From Legionellales bacterium (GTDB taxonomy: Bacteria > Pseudomonadota > Gammaproteobacteria > JAHCLG01), in the NCBI GenBank assembly GCA_026125385.1, contig JAHCLG010000004.1:29782-93781 (forward strand): a DNA stretch of 64,000 bases, written 5' to 3'. The position numbers were made by a program, and so were the translations under genes. Below, piece after piece: positions 20,086 to 31,557 of this stretch. The stretch's first letter is position 1; the number at the start of each line of letters is the position of its first letter. Below the pieces are notes generated by a model that was given only the letters and a program-made list of their open reading frames with translations, did not search any database and had not been told where the DNA came from.

Positions 20086-21474
20086 ATGCAAGAACAATTA
20101 TCGTGTTTTAAACGGGAATTAAAAGCAATTTTTCTCTTGGCAAGTCCATTGGTGATGGCGCTGCTGGCGCAAATGGGAATGGATTTTGTCGATACGGTGA
20201 TGATGGGGCGTTTAGGTCCCGATGCCTTGGCAGCAGGCGCATTAGGTGTCGCTATTTTAGGATTTTTATTCGTCGGCTGTATGGGATTTGGCAATGCCAC
20301 CGGAACCTTAATGGCACGTAGCGATAGTGCGGGACGCAAAAAAGTCACCATTTATTTATTGCATCAAGCCTTATGGATTGCTTTTATATTAAGTTTACCG
20401 TGTTTTATTTTATTATGGTTTGTTCCAGATATTTTAATTGCCTGTGATTATAATCCCCAGTTAGTAGAAAAAACTCGTGTGTTTCTTCACGCACTACAAT
20501 GGGAGTTATTACCCGGTTTATGGTTTTTGTGTTTACGTGAATTTGTGAGTGTCGCCAATCGTCCGCGAGTCATTATGATTATTTCCATTATCTCCATTCC
20601 CTTAAATGCCTTAGGTAATTATATACTAATGTATGGAAAGTTGGGTTTACCGGCGCTGGGCATTGCAGGTATTGGTTTATCCACTACCATTGTGAGCATA
20701 CTCGCTTTTTTAGGCGCATTATTTTATATCGCTAGCAATTCACATTTCCGTCGCTATCCTATTTTTCGCCGTTTTTCTTGGCCAAAGTTACACTATATGC
20801 GAGAAATTATTCGCATTGGTTGGCCAATTAGTGTGATGTTATTATTTGAAGTGGGATTATTTGCGCTTGCTTCGTTGATGATTGGGCGTTTTGGTACCAT
20901 TCAATTAGCCGCTCATCAAATCGCACTGCAATGTTCATCCATAGCCTTTATGTTTCCACTTGGAATTGCGCAAGCGACAGCGATTCGCGTGGGACGAGCG
21001 ATGGCAACGAATAATCCGTTATTGGCGCGGCAAGCGGGTTATGCCGGTTTGTGTTTAGGATTGATCTGTGCGAGCACAACATTATTATTTTTCGTCGCCA
21101 CCCCTTATTATTTAGCTCGCATTTATTTACCACCCGACACTCACGTGCATCGCGCCGTATTAACGGTGACCACGACTTTTTTATTAATTGCCGGATTATT
21201 TCAACTCTTCGATGCCATGCAAGTGATCATGAATGGCTGTTTGCGCGGGTTAAAAGATACTTTTATCCCGATGTTACTGGGTCTTATTTCCTATTGGGCG
21301 ATTGGGATCAGTTTCGCTTACCTCTGTGGATTTATCTGGAATTTACAAGGTGAAGGAATTTGGTGCGGTCTTGCCGTGGGAATTTTTGTTTCTGCAATAT
21401 TACTGTGGTTACGCTTTCACTGGAGTACGTCCAAATTAATTCAAGAGTTTCATCACGATAAAGTTGCAGCGTAA
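20086..21474 (+). CDS. MATE-family multidrug efflux transporter
   Basis: 12-TM protein with a MATE/NorM-like N-terminus (LKAIFLLASPLVMALLAQMGMDFVDTVMMGRLG). Confidence 0.8.
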   Translation: MQEQLSCFKRELKAIFLLASPLVMALLAQMGMDFVDTVMMGRLGPDALAAGALGVAILGFLFVGCMGFGNATGTLMARSDSAGRKKVTIYLLHQALWIAFILSLPCFILLWFVPDILIACDYNPQLVEKTRVFLHALQWELLPGLWFLCLREFVSVANRPRVIMIISIISIPLNALGNYILMYGKLGLPALGIAGIGLSTTIVSILAFLGALFYIASNSHFRRYPIFRRFSWPKLHYMREIIRIGWPISVMLLFEVGLFALASLMIGRFGTIQLAAHQIALQCSSIAFMFPLGIAQATAIRVGRAMATNNPLLARQAGYAGLCLGLICASTTLLFFVATPYYLARIYLPPDTHVHRAVLTVTTTFLLIAGLFQLFDAMQVIMNGCLRGLKDTFIPMLLGLISYWAIGISFAYLCGFIWNLQGEGIWCGLAVGIFVSAILLWLRFHWSTSKLIQEFHHDKVAA

Positions 21475-21524
21475 GTTGAGAGCTTATATGATTTAAATGT
21501 TTAGGTGAGGGCGGGATTGTTGCA

Positions 21525-22943
21525 TTGAAACGTTTTTTTAGTTTAATAATAATATGTTGTTGGATTACCGCGGTATTCAGCATAAATTTAGGTACATTAA
21601 CCTTGCGTGATGTCGTAATGTTGGCTTTGCGCAACAATCCGCAGGTGCAGAGTTCAGAACTCAATCGTGTTAACGATAAATATAAAGTTGCTCTGGCGTA
21701 TTATCAGTTTCAACCGCAGTATTCCTTGCAAGGTTCAACATCGTATCAAGATACCAAAAATGCAGGTGTAAAATCGTATTCTAAAAACTCCACCTTAAAT
21801 CCCGCGGTTTCAATTAATAGCCCGTTAGGAACAAATTATAATATCAGCATGAATAATAATTATGTTAATAATTATAATCCGGTGGTCACCGCGACTATCA
21901 CCCAACCTCTGCTGCAAGGTTTTGGCACAGATGTAGTTTTAAATGATTTTTTTACCACGTTGGAAAATGAAAAAATTAATCGTATGGGTTTTCGCGATAC
22001 CATCACGCAAACCATCGTTGATACGGTAAATTTATATAATCAATTAATCTCAGCCCAGCGCAGTTATAAAATTCAACAATTGCAACTAAAAGAATCGGTA
22101 AAATCTGCTGAAGATACGCAAAAATATATTAAAGCAGGAACAAAATCCAACATGGATTATATTCAGGCACAATCGCAAGTGGCCAATGGCCAGTTGAGTT
22201 TAATCAGCAGTCAAAACAGTATTCAACAAGCCAAAATTGCCTTATTACAAGAATTAGGTTTAGAACCCGATACACAGTTTAATATTGTGAATAATTATAC
22301 GCTGCCTGCGCTAAAAATTCCCAGTCAAGAACAAGCCATTCACATGGCACTCGCTTATAATAATAGTTATCAAAGTTTAATTATTCAGCGTAAAGCGTTA
22401 GAACGCGCTTTAATTATTGCGAAAGATGCTGAACGGTGGAAATTAGATTTAAAAGCCACGGCAACTACAGGATCTGCTTCGGGCAGTGGCCCTAATGCTG
22501 GCTTTCGTTCGCTGTTTAATGGCTTAAATAATTCCCGATCTATCGAATTAGATTTAACGGTACCGCTCGATCCTTTGCAATTACGCGCGAATATCGTTAG
22601 TGCCAAAATTGCCTTAGAAGAAAATACGATTAATATTGCTAATACCAAGCGCTCCGTAATTTCGCAAGTGATTAACGCCTATCGCGATTTAGATATTAAT
22701 AAACGGCAAATTGATTTGGCAATCAATGCTGAAAAACTGCAACAACAAGTATTAGATAATTCACTAAAACAAAATAAATTTGGTCGCGTTTCGCAGTTTG
22801 AGGTTAATTCGAATCGGCAACAATTAATTCAAGCACAATTAAATGTAGTAACGGCAGAAAATAATTATTCCAATAGTTTGGAAACATTTAGTCAATTAAT
22901 TGGGGTTAGTTTACAACGTTGGGGATTGAGGTTGCGATATTAA
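21525..22943 (+). CDS. TolC-family outer-membrane efflux protein
   Basis: Signal peptide, LTLRDVVMLALRNNPQV start and two repeated OEP halves. First gene of the OMP-MFP-ABC efflux operon. Confidence 0.8.
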   Translation: MKRFFSLIIICCWITAVFSINLGTLTLRDVVMLALRNNPQVQSSELNRVNDKYKVALAYYQFQPQYSLQGSTSYQDTKNAGVKSYSKNSTLNPAVSINSPLGTNYNISMNNNYVNNYNPVVTATITQPLLQGFGTDVVLNDFFTTLENEKINRMGFRDTITQTIVDTVNLYNQLISAQRSYKIQQLQLKESVKSAEDTQKYIKAGTKSNMDYIQAQSQVANGQLSLISSQNSIQQAKIALLQELGLEPDTQFNIVNNYTLPALKIPSQEQAIHMALAYNNSYQSLIIQRKALERALIIAKDAERWKLDLKATATTGSASGSGPNAGFRSLFNGLNNSRSIELDLTVPLDPLQLRANIVSAKIALEENTINIANTKRSVISQVINAYRDLDINKRQIDLAINAEKLQQQVLDNSLKQNKFGRVSQFEVNSNRQQLIQAQLNVVTAENNYSNSLETFSQLIGVSLQRWGLRLRY

Positions 22944-24121
22944 TGATTACGATTAAAAAAACAGTATGGATGCTTATTTTTTTCAGTCTTGGCTTAACGG
23001 CGTGCTCTTCACCTAATAAAACCAAGAGTATAAGCACAAATATTTATACAGTCAGTGCTCGCGATCAAGTAACGCCTTTGTATTTTACAGGAACAATAGC
23101 ACCCTTAGAAATTGTTAATATTGCTTCACCTGTGGATGGAAATGTTAAAAAACTATATTTTCGATATGGCGAGCGTGTTAAAAAAAATCAAGAATTATTA
23201 TTATTGCAATCTGATAAACTCATGACAGACTATCAAACGGCACTTACTTCATTTTTAGAAGCCAAAGATAAATATTTAGCAAGCAAAGTGCAAATGGAAG
23301 GTACGGAAGAGTTATATCAGGCAGGATTGATTCCAAGAAATGATTATCAAAATGATAAAAGTAATTTAGCTGACAATTATTTGTCGTATACTCAGGCCGA
23401 AAATAAATTAAAAAGCATTTTAAAAAATGCCAAGGGATTTTTAAACGAAGATGCAGATATTACGCAATTAAATTTGGAAGATGAAGCAGAAGTACAAAAA
23501 GCATTAAATGTAAAATTAAACGAGCTTTCTATTCAAGCCAGTAATTATGGAATAATTTTAATGCCAATTAAAGAGGGCGGCAGTAGTAGCGATGATTCAG
23601 CAAAAATATTACGCGAAGGTAGCCAAGTAAAACAAGGACAAACGTTAGTGTCACTGGGCGATTTTAGCGGCTTATCGATTAATATTAATGTCAATGAAAT
23701 TAATATTAATGCCATTAAACCAGGACAGGCGGTGAAAGTAACGGGTGTTGCTTTCCCTGATATTACCCTCGATGGTAAAGTCATGAGCATTGATGTGCAG
23801 GCTGCCGCCGCAGAAAATGGCGGAGGATTACCCACATTTCCAGTAACTATTGTTGTGCCTCACTTAACACCACAGCAACAAGAAACCATTCACATCGGCA
23901 TGAGTGCGAAGGTCGAATTATTTATTCAAAATGGCAAACAAATTATGATCCCGATTAAAGCGATTGTAGAAAAAAATGGCCAGAGTTATGTGCAATTGGT
24001 TACCAGTGAAAATCCGTTAAAAACGCAAGAAGTCTTAGTGCAAACAGGACAGCCCGAAATAAACGATGTAGTGATAAAACAAGGCTTAAAAGTAGGAGAT
24101 AAAATTCTTGTTAACCATTGA
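22943..24121 (+). CDS. HlyD/MacA-family periplasmic adaptor (membrane-fusion) lipoprotein
   Basis: Lipobox LGLTAC, biotinyl-lipoyl plus coiled-coil hairpin plus beta-barrel organisation. The ATG at 22943 overlaps the TolC stop (TAATG). Confidence 0.75.
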   Translation: MITIKKTVWMLIFFSLGLTACSSPNKTKSISTNIYTVSARDQVTPLYFTGTIAPLEIVNIASPVDGNVKKLYFRYGERVKKNQELLLLQSDKLMTDYQTALTSFLEAKDKYLASKVQMEGTEELYQAGLIPRNDYQNDKSNLADNYLSYTQAENKLKSILKNAKGFLNEDADITQLNLEDEAEVQKALNVKLNELSIQASNYGIILMPIKEGGSSSDDSAKILREGSQVKQGQTLVSLGDFSGLSININVNEININAIKPGQAVKVTGVAFPDITLDGKVMSIDVQAAAAENGGGLPTFPVTIVVPHLTPQQQETIHIGMSAKVELFIQNGKQIMIPIKAIVEKNGQSYVQLVTSENPLKTQEVLVQTGQPEINDVVIKQGLKVGDKILVNH

Positions 24122-24779
24122 CATGCAAGGAATATGCAAATGGTATAAATTAGGTGAACACGTTCACCAAGTACTCGATAATGTTAATTTTGCGGTTAAG
24201 CCTGGTGAGCTAGTATCGATCATGGGCGCATCGGGATCGGGAAAATCTACGCTGATGAATATTATAGGTTTGCTTGATCGGCCTAGTTCAGGCGTATATA
24301 AATTAAATGGGCAAGATGTCAGCCAAATTAATCACAGCGAATTGGCTCGTATTCGCAATCAAACGATGGGCTTTGTATTTCAACAATTTTTTTTATTACC
24401 TCGTTTAAGTGCCTTGCAAAATGTGGCATTACCTTTGCAATATTCTCCACATTATATTGCTCACCAACGCGAAGTTTGTTTTTCGATGTTGGAAAAAGTA
24501 GGCATGGAAAAATATGCTAAACAAAAGCCGCATCAATTATCGGGCGGTCAACAACAACGCGTTGCTATTGCACGTGCGTTGATTTTGCATCCGTCAGTGT
24601 TATTAGCCGATGAGCCCACAGGAGCCTTGGATTCTAAAATTGGCCAAGAAGTCATGAATTTATTTATTGAGTTAAATCGCCAAGATAAAGTCACCACCGT
24701 GATCATTACCCACGATGCCAAAATTGCCGATCAATGTGATCGTGTGGTGCATGTTCAAGATGGAAAAATTGTGGATTAA
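24108..24779 (+). CDS. MacB/LolD-type ABC transporter ATP-binding protein
   Basis: Walker A GASGSGKST, signature LSGGQQQRVAIARAL, Walker B LLADEPTGALD. Confidence 0.9.
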   Translation: MLTIDMQGICKWYKLGEHVHQVLDNVNFAVKPGELVSIMGASGSGKSTLMNIIGLLDRPSSGVYKLNGQDVSQINHSELARIRNQTMGFVFQQFFLLPRLSALQNVALPLQYSPHYIAHQREVCFSMLEKVGMEKYAKQKPHQLSGGQQQRVAIARALILHPSVLLADEPTGALDSKIGQEVMNLFIELNRQDKVTTVIITHDAKIADQCDRVVHVQDGKIVD

Positions 24780-24789
24780 GGAAAATTCT

Positions 24790-25989
24790 ATGCTCATTAT
24801 TCCTTACATACGTGAAGCATTTGCAAATTTGCTGTCTTCAAAATTGCGTTCAATTTTAGCCATTATTGGAATATTAGTTGGAACAGGTTCCGTGGTGGCA
24901 ATGGTTTCCAGTGGACAATTAGCCACTGAAGCCGCGCTCGCACAATTTAAAGCATTAGGTACTAATTTATTATCACTGGCTATTTATGGCGGTCAAGATA
25001 GTCAACAAGATTCTGCCAAAGAAAAACCATTTGGTATTAATGAAGCATTAAATATAAAAAACGCCGATCCACAAATTCGTTTGGTCGCTCCCTATGTGAT
25101 TTTGTTTCAAACGGTCACGTTTCAAGGGCACGTCTTAAATAATGGCGGATTAATTGGTAGTGAAGAAAATTTACAAGAAGCGATTAAAATTTCGCTCTCA
25201 CAAGGGCGATTTATTACTCATTTGGATAATAATAATAATTTCTGTGTGATTGGTGCCAATGTCTATCGCGCGATTCGACAATTTACTATTCAAAATGTTA
25301 TAGGTAAACAATTACGGATCGGAGATAATATTTTTACCATCATCGGTGTTGCTGATCAATGGCAGGAAAACTCGTTTTTTAACGAAGATATTAATGATGC
25401 GATTCTTATTCCGATATCGACGGCTTTAATCATGAGTAAATATGCTCATATTCAAAATATTGTGATGCGTTTAAATCCTAATGCTAACATCGATGCCGTT
25501 CATGATGCGATCACAACTTATATTAATCGTGTTTCCCCAGGAAAAAATATTTTTGTCCGTAGCGCACAACAAATTATTGACTCAATGGTCAAACAAAAAC
25601 GTATTTATACTATTTTACTGGGATTGATTGGGGGTATTTCACTATTAGTAGGTGGAATTGGGGTGATGAATATTATGTTGGTATCGGTGGTTGAGCGTAA
25701 ACGCGAAATTGGCATTCGCAAAGCCGTAGGCGCAAATCGTTTTGATATTTGCATGTTATTTTTATTCGAAGCCATTACCTTAGCCTTAGTCGGCGGGTTT
25801 GCGGGAGTGATTTTAGGGGTTATTATTTCTTATATTATTGCTAATTTTGCCCAGTGGCATTTTCAAATTTTCTTGTTACCACCCACCATTGGCTTTACCG
25901 TTTCTGTGGCCACCGGAATATTTTTTGGTTTTTATCCCGCATTTAAAGCTGCTGATTTAGATCCAATCGAGGCATTACGCACGGAATAG
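24790..25989 (+). CDS. MacB/FtsX-type ABC transporter permease
   Basis: N-terminal TM, large periplasmic domain, C-terminal FtsX 3-TM bundle (VERKREIGIRKAVGA). Start re-set to the ATG at 24790. Confidence 0.8.
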   Translation: MLIIPYIREAFANLLSSKLRSILAIIGILVGTGSVVAMVSSGQLATEAALAQFKALGTNLLSLAIYGGQDSQQDSAKEKPFGINEALNIKNADPQIRLVAPYVILFQTVTFQGHVLNNGGLIGSEENLQEAIKISLSQGRFITHLDNNNNFCVIGANVYRAIRQFTIQNVIGKQLRIGDNIFTIIGVADQWQENSFFNEDINDAILIPISTALIMSKYAHIQNIVMRLNPNANIDAVHDAITTYINRVSPGKNIFVRSAQQIIDSMVKQKRIYTILLGLIGGISLLVGGIGVMNIMLVSVVERKREIGIRKAVGANRFDICMLFLFEAITLALVGGFAGVILGVIISYIIANFAQWHFQIFLLPPTIGFTVSVATGIFFGFYPAFKAADLDPIEALRTE

Positions 25990-25994
25990 CAGGC

Positions 25995-26160
25995 TAATAT
26001 CAAACGCACCAAAATGAGAAAATGCATTTTAGTGCGCCACATTTAGAGACATTAGTGACGCACCAAAGTGAGAAAACACATTTGGGTGCGTTTAATTCAG
26101 CCTTATTTATAACGCACCAAATCGAGAAAATGCATTTTAGTGCGTTTACATCCATGGTAT
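25995..26160. repeat. three tandem copies of a near-palindromic about 32 nt motif CGCACCAAAnTGAGAAAAyrCATTTnrGTGCG
   Basis: Copies are readable at 26003-26036, 26059-26092 and 26111-26144. Each can form a hairpin (CGCAC-CAAAATG / CATTTTAGTGCG). The third copy overlaps the GTG at 26140 used by the ORF track as the ATPase-2 start. Confidence 0.7.
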
Positions 26161-27633
26161 AGTAAACGCAGCAAATGGTGTGGGAGATTAGACGTGGATA
26201 GCATTTTCATTGGCAGACAAGCAGAACTCAAGGATTTACAACAACTTAACCGGCGTAAGGTCGCAAATTTAGTCATCATCCAGGGACGACGGCGGATTGG
26301 TAAAAGTCGCCTGATTGCTGAATTCGCTAAGGGGCAAACGTTTTATTGTTTCACTGGCATGGCGCCTAGTCCCGATACCACACCACAGATGCAACTCGAC
26401 GAATTCGCCAGGCAATATGCTGAGCAGTTTCATTTGCCACGCTTTTTGATGAACGATTGGGGAGACCTTTTTACTTTGTTATATAAGTCAGTGGCTAATG
26501 ACAAAGTAGTCATTTTATTTGATGAGATTTCCTGGATGGGATCACTAGATCCTACTTTTCTCGCTAAATTAAAAAATGCTTGGGATACGCAATTTAAAAA
26601 AAATCCTAAATTGATGTTGGTATTATGTGGTTCGGTTTCATCTTGGATTGAAAAAAATATTATTAGCAGTACGTTATTTCTAGGGCGTCCTTCACTTTAT
26701 ATGAAGCTTAATGAGCTTTCATTGCCAGAATGTAACGAATTTTGGAAAGGAGTTAAACATAAAGTAACTGCCTATGAAAAATTTAAATTATTAGCAGTGA
26801 CTGGAGGTGTTCCAAGATATTTAGAATTGATCGATCCTCATCTGACTGCAGAAGAAAATATCAGACATCTATGTTTTACACCCAATGCGCCACTCGTGGA
26901 TGAATTTGAGCGCATTTTCTCCGACATTTTTGGAAATCGTAGTGAAATGTATAAAAAAATTATTCAAAGACTGGTGATTGGTCAAGCAACGTTAGATGAA
27001 ATATTAGCAAGTTGCGGAAGAGAAAAAACGGGAGATTTTAGTGAATATTTAAATGATTTAGAATTAGCAGGATTTGTAGCACGGGATTTTACTTGGCATT
27101 TAAAAAATGGTAAGCAATCAAAATTGAGCCATTATCGGCTTAAAGACAATTATGTTCGGTTTTATTTGAAATACCTAGAACCCAATAAAGCGAAAATTAA
27201 TAAGGGACTTTTTAGAAAGCAATCAGTAACTTCCTTACCCGCTTGGGAAAGTATTATGGGTTTACAATTTCAAAATCTTATTTTAAATAATGATCTCGGA
27301 ATCATTCAAAAGTTAGCTATACCGTTTGAAGATGTGGTTTTTGTTAATCCTTTTTTTCAGCGAAAAACGAAACAGCAAGCAGGATGTCAAATTGATTTAT
27401 TGATCCAAACCAAATTTAATTGTGCCTTTGTGTGTGAGATCAAATTTCATAAGTCAGAACTAAATACTTCAATTATTAATGAAGTGGATGAAAAAATTAA
27501 GAAATTAAAACTACCCAAAAATTTTTCGTATCGCCCCGTCCTAATCCATGTCAATGGCATTCGAGATGCGCTGAAAGAAGAAGGTTATTTTTCCAATATT
27601 ATTGATTTCGGAGAGATTCTCCTCGGTAATTGA
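26140..27633 (+). CDS. orphan AAA+ ATPase (PF01637-like) with a C-terminal DUF234-like domain, paralog 2
   Basis: Walker A GRRRIGKSRL and Walker B VILFDEISW. No in-frame ATG precedes Walker A. The start is GTG at 26140 or, more plausibly, GTG at 26194 (GGAGA SD 6 nt upstream). Confidence 0.7.
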   Translation: MRLHPWYSKRSKWCGRLDVDSIFIGRQAELKDLQQLNRRKVANLVIIQGRRRIGKSRLIAEFAKGQTFYCFTGMAPSPDTTPQMQLDEFARQYAEQFHLPRFLMNDWGDLFTLLYKSVANDKVVILFDEISWMGSLDPTFLAKLKNAWDTQFKKNPKLMLVLCGSVSSWIEKNIISSTLFLGRPSLYMKLNELSLPECNEFWKGVKHKVTAYEKFKLLAVTGGVPRYLELIDPHLTAEENIRHLCFTPNAPLVDEFERIFSDIFGNRSEMYKKIIQRLVIGQATLDEILASCGREKTGDFSEYLNDLELAGFVARDFTWHLKNGKQSKLSHYRLKDNYVRFYLKYLEPNKAKINKGLFRKQSVTSLPAWESIMGLQFQNLILNNDLGIIQKLAIPFEDVVFVNPFFQRKTKQQAGCQIDLLIQTKFNCAFVCEIKFHKSELNTSIINEVDEKIKKLKLPKNFSYRPVLIHVNGIRDALKEEGYFSNIIDFGEILLGN

Positions 27634-27711
27634 GATTGAAAAAATGAATCCCACAATCAGGTACCACCGGCATGGCCGCTAGTACCTGATTTTATCTAAT
27701 GAGAGGTGATG

Positions 27712-27745
27712 AGTGCAGGAGTTTCGCACTTTCAGTGCGCTACTC
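27712..27745. terminator. repeat-family hairpin GCAGGAGTTTCGCACT-TTC-AGTGCGCTACTC followed by a T-run; probable bidirectional terminator between ATPase-2 and fba
   Basis: Stem-loop readable in the sequence. Related copies lie at 32924-32955 and 40631-40675. Confidence 0.5.
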
Positions 27746-27762
27746 TTTTCTGAATTGATTTC

Positions 27763-28827
27763 TTATGCAATCACCGGTTGTAATTTTCCAGCAGAATACA
27801 ATTGATACATGGCCTCCATGCTTAAGACTTTTATTTTGCCCGCATGTCCTGCGCTACCAAACGCTTCAAAACGTGCGATACAAATTTCACTCATGGCTTT
27901 AATCGTTTCTTGTAAATATTTACGTGGATCAAATTCGCTGGGATTTTTCGCCAGAAAACGCCGAATAGCGCCGGTGGAAGCTAAACGCAAATCAGTATCA
28001 ATATTAATTTTTCTTACTCCATGACGAATGCCTTCTTGAATTTCAGCAACAGGCACACCATAGGTTTCGGGAATTTTTCCGCCGTATTCATTAATAATTT
28101 CTAGCCATTCTTGCGGCACCGAAGAAGAACCATGCATCACTAAATGCGTGTTGGGAATGCGTCGATGAATTTCTTTTAACCGAGCAATGGCTAAAACATC
28201 GCCGGTGGGTGGACGAGAAAATTTATATGCGCCATGACTGGTGCCAATGGCAATGGCTAAAGCATCGACGTGGGTTTGTTTGACAAAATCGGCAGCTTGC
28301 TCTGGATCCGTGAGTAATTGATCGCGATGTAATTTACCACTGGCACCCGATCCATCTTCTTCTGCGGCTTCGCCAGTTTCTAACGATCCTAAACAACCTA
28401 ATTCACCCTCTACGGAAACACCACACGCATGCGCCATATCCACGGCTTGTTGAGTAATTTTGACATTATAGTCATAACTCGCGGGTGTTTTCATATCTTC
28501 CATTAACGATCCATCCATCATCACAGAAGAAAATCCTAATTGAATAGAACGTTGACACACCGCAGGAGATGCGCCGTGATCTTGATGCATGCAAACAGGA
28601 ATATCTGGAAATTCTTCGAGTGCGGCATCCATTAAATGTTTAATAAAACGTGGACCCGCGTATTTTCTGGCACCAGCCGAGGCTTGCACAATCACCGGTG
28701 ATTGGGTGCGCTCGGCAGCTTCCATAATTGCACGCATTTGTTCTAAATTATTGACATTAAATGCGGGAACACCATAATGATGTTCAGCGGCGTGATCGAG
28801 TAATTGGCGTAACGTAATTAAGGGCAT
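27763..28827 (-). CDS. fba: fructose-bisphosphate aldolase, class II
   Basis: 354 aa. PAFNVNN and HxDHG zinc-binding motifs of class II FBA. pgk-pyk-fba operon. Confidence 0.9.
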   Translation of the reverse strand: MPLITLRQLLDHAAEHHYGVPAFNVNNLEQMRAIMEAAERTQSPVIVQASAGARKYAGPRFIKHLMDAALEEFPDIPVCMHQDHGASPAVCQRSIQLGFSSVMMDGSLMEDMKTPASYDYNVKITQQAVDMAHACGVSVEGELGCLGSLETGEAAEEDGSGASGKLHRDQLLTDPEQAADFVKQTHVDALAIAIGTSHGAYKFSRPPTGDVLAIARLKEIHRRIPNTHLVMHGSSSVPQEWLEIINEYGGKIPETYGVPVAEIQEGIRHGVRKINIDTDLRLASTGAIRRFLAKNPSEFDPRKYLQETIKAMSEICIARFEAFGSAGHAGKIKVLSMEAMYQLYSAGKLQPVIA

Positions 28828-28845
28828 AAATAACTCCTAACAAAT

Positions 28846-30279
28846 TTAATAAACATTTCCCACTTCAACAATTTTTAATGAATTGGTGTGGCCGTGTTGA
28901 CCTAATAAATCACCGCGCGTAATAATCACCCAATCGCCTTTTTGCACGATGTTGCGTTTTTCTAATTCAGCAACCGCTGCGCGATTGACTTCTTCTGGTG
29001 ACATGGTGGATAAATCAAATTTTACCGGATAGACCCCACGATATAAATTTATTTTTTGTAAGGTTTGATCACTACGGGTTAATCCATAAATTGGAATTCC
29101 TGAACGAATGCGCGACATCCACAAAGGCGTCGACCCCGATTCTGTTAAAGCAATAATACTTTTAATATTATAATGATTCGCACAATACATGGTAGACATG
29201 GCGATGGCTTCATCAAAACGTTTAATTTCAACTTCCATACGATTTCTGGATTGTAAATTAATGCGATTTTTTTCGGCACCTAAACAAATACGGCTCATTG
29301 CTTGAATGACTTTTACCGGATTGTGTCCGGTTGCGGTTTCTGCCGATAACATCACGCAATCGGTGCCATCTAATACCGCATTCGCAACGTCGAATACTTC
29401 GGCACGTGTAGGAATTGGGTTAGCGATCATGGATTCCATCATTTGTGTAGCGGTGATCACCGGTTTATTGCGATAGCGGCATTGATGAATAATGTGTTTT
29501 TGCACCGCAGGTAATTCGGCATCACCAATTTCAACGCCTAAATCACCACGCGCCACCATGACCCCATCGCTGGCATCAATAATTTCATCGATAGCAGTAA
29601 TGGCTTCGACACGTTCCACTTTGGCAATTACACCAGCGGTGGAACCGGCTTGTGTTAATAACTGTTTGGCTTCTAAAACATCTTCAGCATTGCGTGGAAA
29701 AGATAAGGCTAAATAATCGGTGCCTAATTCTACGGCAATGTTTAAATCGGCTTTATCTTTATCGGTTAATGCTTTTGCCGATAATCCGCCACCTTGGCGA
29801 TTAATGCCTTTATTATTCGATAATTCGCCATCGACTAAAACTTCGCAGTAAATTTTTTGATCGTGAACTTTATCGACTACAAATTCCATTAAGCCATCGT
29901 TTAATAATAAAATATCGCCAGCTCTGACATCATTAGGTAATTCTTTATAATCAATTCCGACTTGCAATTCATCGCCAGCATTGACCTCTAAATTAGCATC
30001 TAAAATAAATTTAGCGCCTTTTTTTAGAGTAATTTTATTATTTTTAAAACGCGCAATGCGAATTTTAGGGCCTTGTAAATCAGACAAAACGCTAATGTGT
30101 TTTTGATGTTTTTTTGCCAATTCTCGCACCATTTGAATGCGTTTCGCGTGATCCTCTTTACTGCCGTGAGAAAAGTTGAGGCGCACCACATCCAATCCGG
30201 CTTTGATCATATTTTCTAAAACCATGGGATCATCAGTTGCAGGGCCTAAGGTTGCAATAATTTTTGTTCGTCTAAGCAT
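28846..30279 (-). CDS. pyk: pyruvate kinase
   Basis: [14 protein letters not shown] start (the ORF-track upstream extension is rejected) and MVARGDLG motif. Confidence 0.9.
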   Translation of the reverse strand: MLRRTKIIATLGPATDDPMVLENMIKAGLDVVRLNFSHGSKEDHAKRIQMVRELAKKHQKHISVLSDLQGPKIRIARFKNNKITLKKGAKFILDANLEVNAGDELQVGIDYKELPNDVRAGDILLLNDGLMEFVVDKVHDQKIYCEVLVDGELSNNKGINRQGGGLSAKALTDKDKADLNIAVELGTDYLALSFPRNAEDVLEAKQLLTQAGSTAGVIAKVERVEAITAIDEIIDASDGVMVARGDLGVEIGDAELPAVQKHIIHQCRYRNKPVITATQMMESMIANPIPTRAEVFDVANAVLDGTDCVMLSAETATGHNPVKVIQAMSRICLGAEKNRINLQSRNRMEVEIKRFDEAIAMSTMYCANHYNIKSIIALTESGSTPLWMSRIRSGIPIYGLTRSDQTLQKINLYRGVYPVKFDLSTMSPEEVNRAAVAELEKRNIVQKGDWVIITRGDLLGQHGHTNSLKIVEVGNVY

Positions 30280-31447
30280 GATGAAATTCCTTCGCACGTT
30301 GTTGTAAAATGGCGACGGCGGGTAACGTTTTTCCTTCAATAAATTCTAAAAATGCCCCACCACCCGTGGAAATATAAGAAATATTTTTCGCTATATTAAA
30401 CTTATCAATTGCGGCTAACGTATCACCACCACCAGCAATAGAAAATGCTGAAGAATGGGCAATTGCTTTAGCAAGTGCAGCAGTCCCTTCACTAAACTGC
30501 GGAAATTCAAACACGCCCACTGGACCATTCCATAAAATGGTATGAGCTTTATTGATTAATTCGGTAAATTGAGCACGCGTTTGTGGCCCAATATCTAAAA
30601 TTAAATCATTATCGGCCACTTCAGTGACGGATTTAATGGCAAATGGCGCATCGGCGGCAAAAGCTTTAGCAGTAACCACGTCAACAGGTAATGGAATAGT
30701 AATTTTAGATAATAATTTTTTGGCAGTGGGAATTAAATCAACTTCTACCAAAGATTTTCCAATTGGAAAATCTTTAGCAGCTAAAAAAGTATTGGCAATG
30801 CCTCCACCGACAATTAAATGATCGACGATAGTGGAAAGTGAATCTAATAAGGCTAATTTTGTTGATACTTTTGCACCACCCACAATTGCAACTACGGGTT
30901 TTTTTGGATTATCGAGCGCTTTGCTTAATGCTGTTAATTCCGCTTCTAATAATGGACCTGCACACGCAATCGGTGCAAATTTGGCAACCCCATGCGTCGA
31001 TGCTTGGGCGCGATGAGCGGTGGCAAAAGCATCCATCACAAAAATATCACATAAATTGGCGAGTTGTTGTGCTAAATTATCGTCATCTTTATTTTCACCG
31101 ACATAAAAACGAATATTTTCTAATAAAACAATTTGGCCAGGTTGTAATGTTACGCCCGCTTGCCAATCTGTGATTAAAGACACTTCTTGTTGCAGCGCTT
31201 GCGATAAATAATTAGCAATAGGTTGTAATGAAAATTCAGGATTAAATTCCCCTTCTTGGGGACGGTCTAAATGTGATACTAGAATAATATTGGCACCTCG
31301 TTGCTGCAATAATTTAATCGTAGGCAGTGCTGCTTCTAAACGTTTAGTATTAGTAATGACGCCATTTTGTAATGGGACGTTAAAATCTTCACGAACTAGC
31401 ACCCGTTTATTGCGAACATCAACATCATCTACGACAATAGTATGCAT
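30272..31447 (-). CDS. pgk: phosphoglycerate kinase
   Basis: [11 protein letters not shown] and the GGGA...GKTLP Pgk pattern. Confidence 0.9.
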   Translation of the reverse strand: MHTIVVDDVDVRNKRVLVREDFNVPLQNGVITNTKRLEAALPTIKLLQQRGANIILVSHLDRPQEGEFNPEFSLQPIANYLSQALQQEVSLITDWQAGVTLQPGQIVLLENIRFYVGENKDDDNLAQQLANLCDIFVMDAFATAHRAQASTHGVAKFAPIACAGPLLEAELTALSKALDNPKKPVVAIVGGAKVSTKLALLDSLSTIVDHLIVGGGIANTFLAAKDFPIGKSLVEVDLIPTAKKLLSKITIPLPVDVVTAKAFAADAPFAIKSVTEVADNDLILDIGPQTRAQFTELINKAHTILWNGPVGVFEFPQFSEGTAALAKAIAHSSAFSIAGGGDTLAAIDKFNIAKNISYISTGGGAFLEFIEGKTLPAVAILQQRAKEFHHA

Positions 31448-31497
31448 TTTCTCGTTTCCATAATATTTTAAATGAGGGGCATTCTAACCTAAACTTG

Positions 31498-31557
31498 ATG
31501 AAATTGTCAGGAGCGTATATTGTTTTGTTTTTTCAACTTATACTTTTAGGAAAATAA
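31498..31557 (+). other. possible 19-codon upstream ORF (MKLSGAYIVLFFQLILLGK) whose TAA overlaps the tnaA-like ATG (TAATG)
   Basis: Read directly in the sequence. No good SD and no Trp codon, so it is not a TnaC equivalent. Weak. Confidence 0.15.

Noticed and set aside
30624-31173. Plus-strand ORFs (65, 61 and 111 aa) inside pgk
   Set aside because: They are antisense to pgk. Their low-complexity translations have no motifs.
31498-31557. uORF as a TnaC-like leader peptide
   Set aside because: It has no Trp codon and no Pro-stop arrangement, so it is not a TnaC analogue. It is kept only as a low-confidence note.
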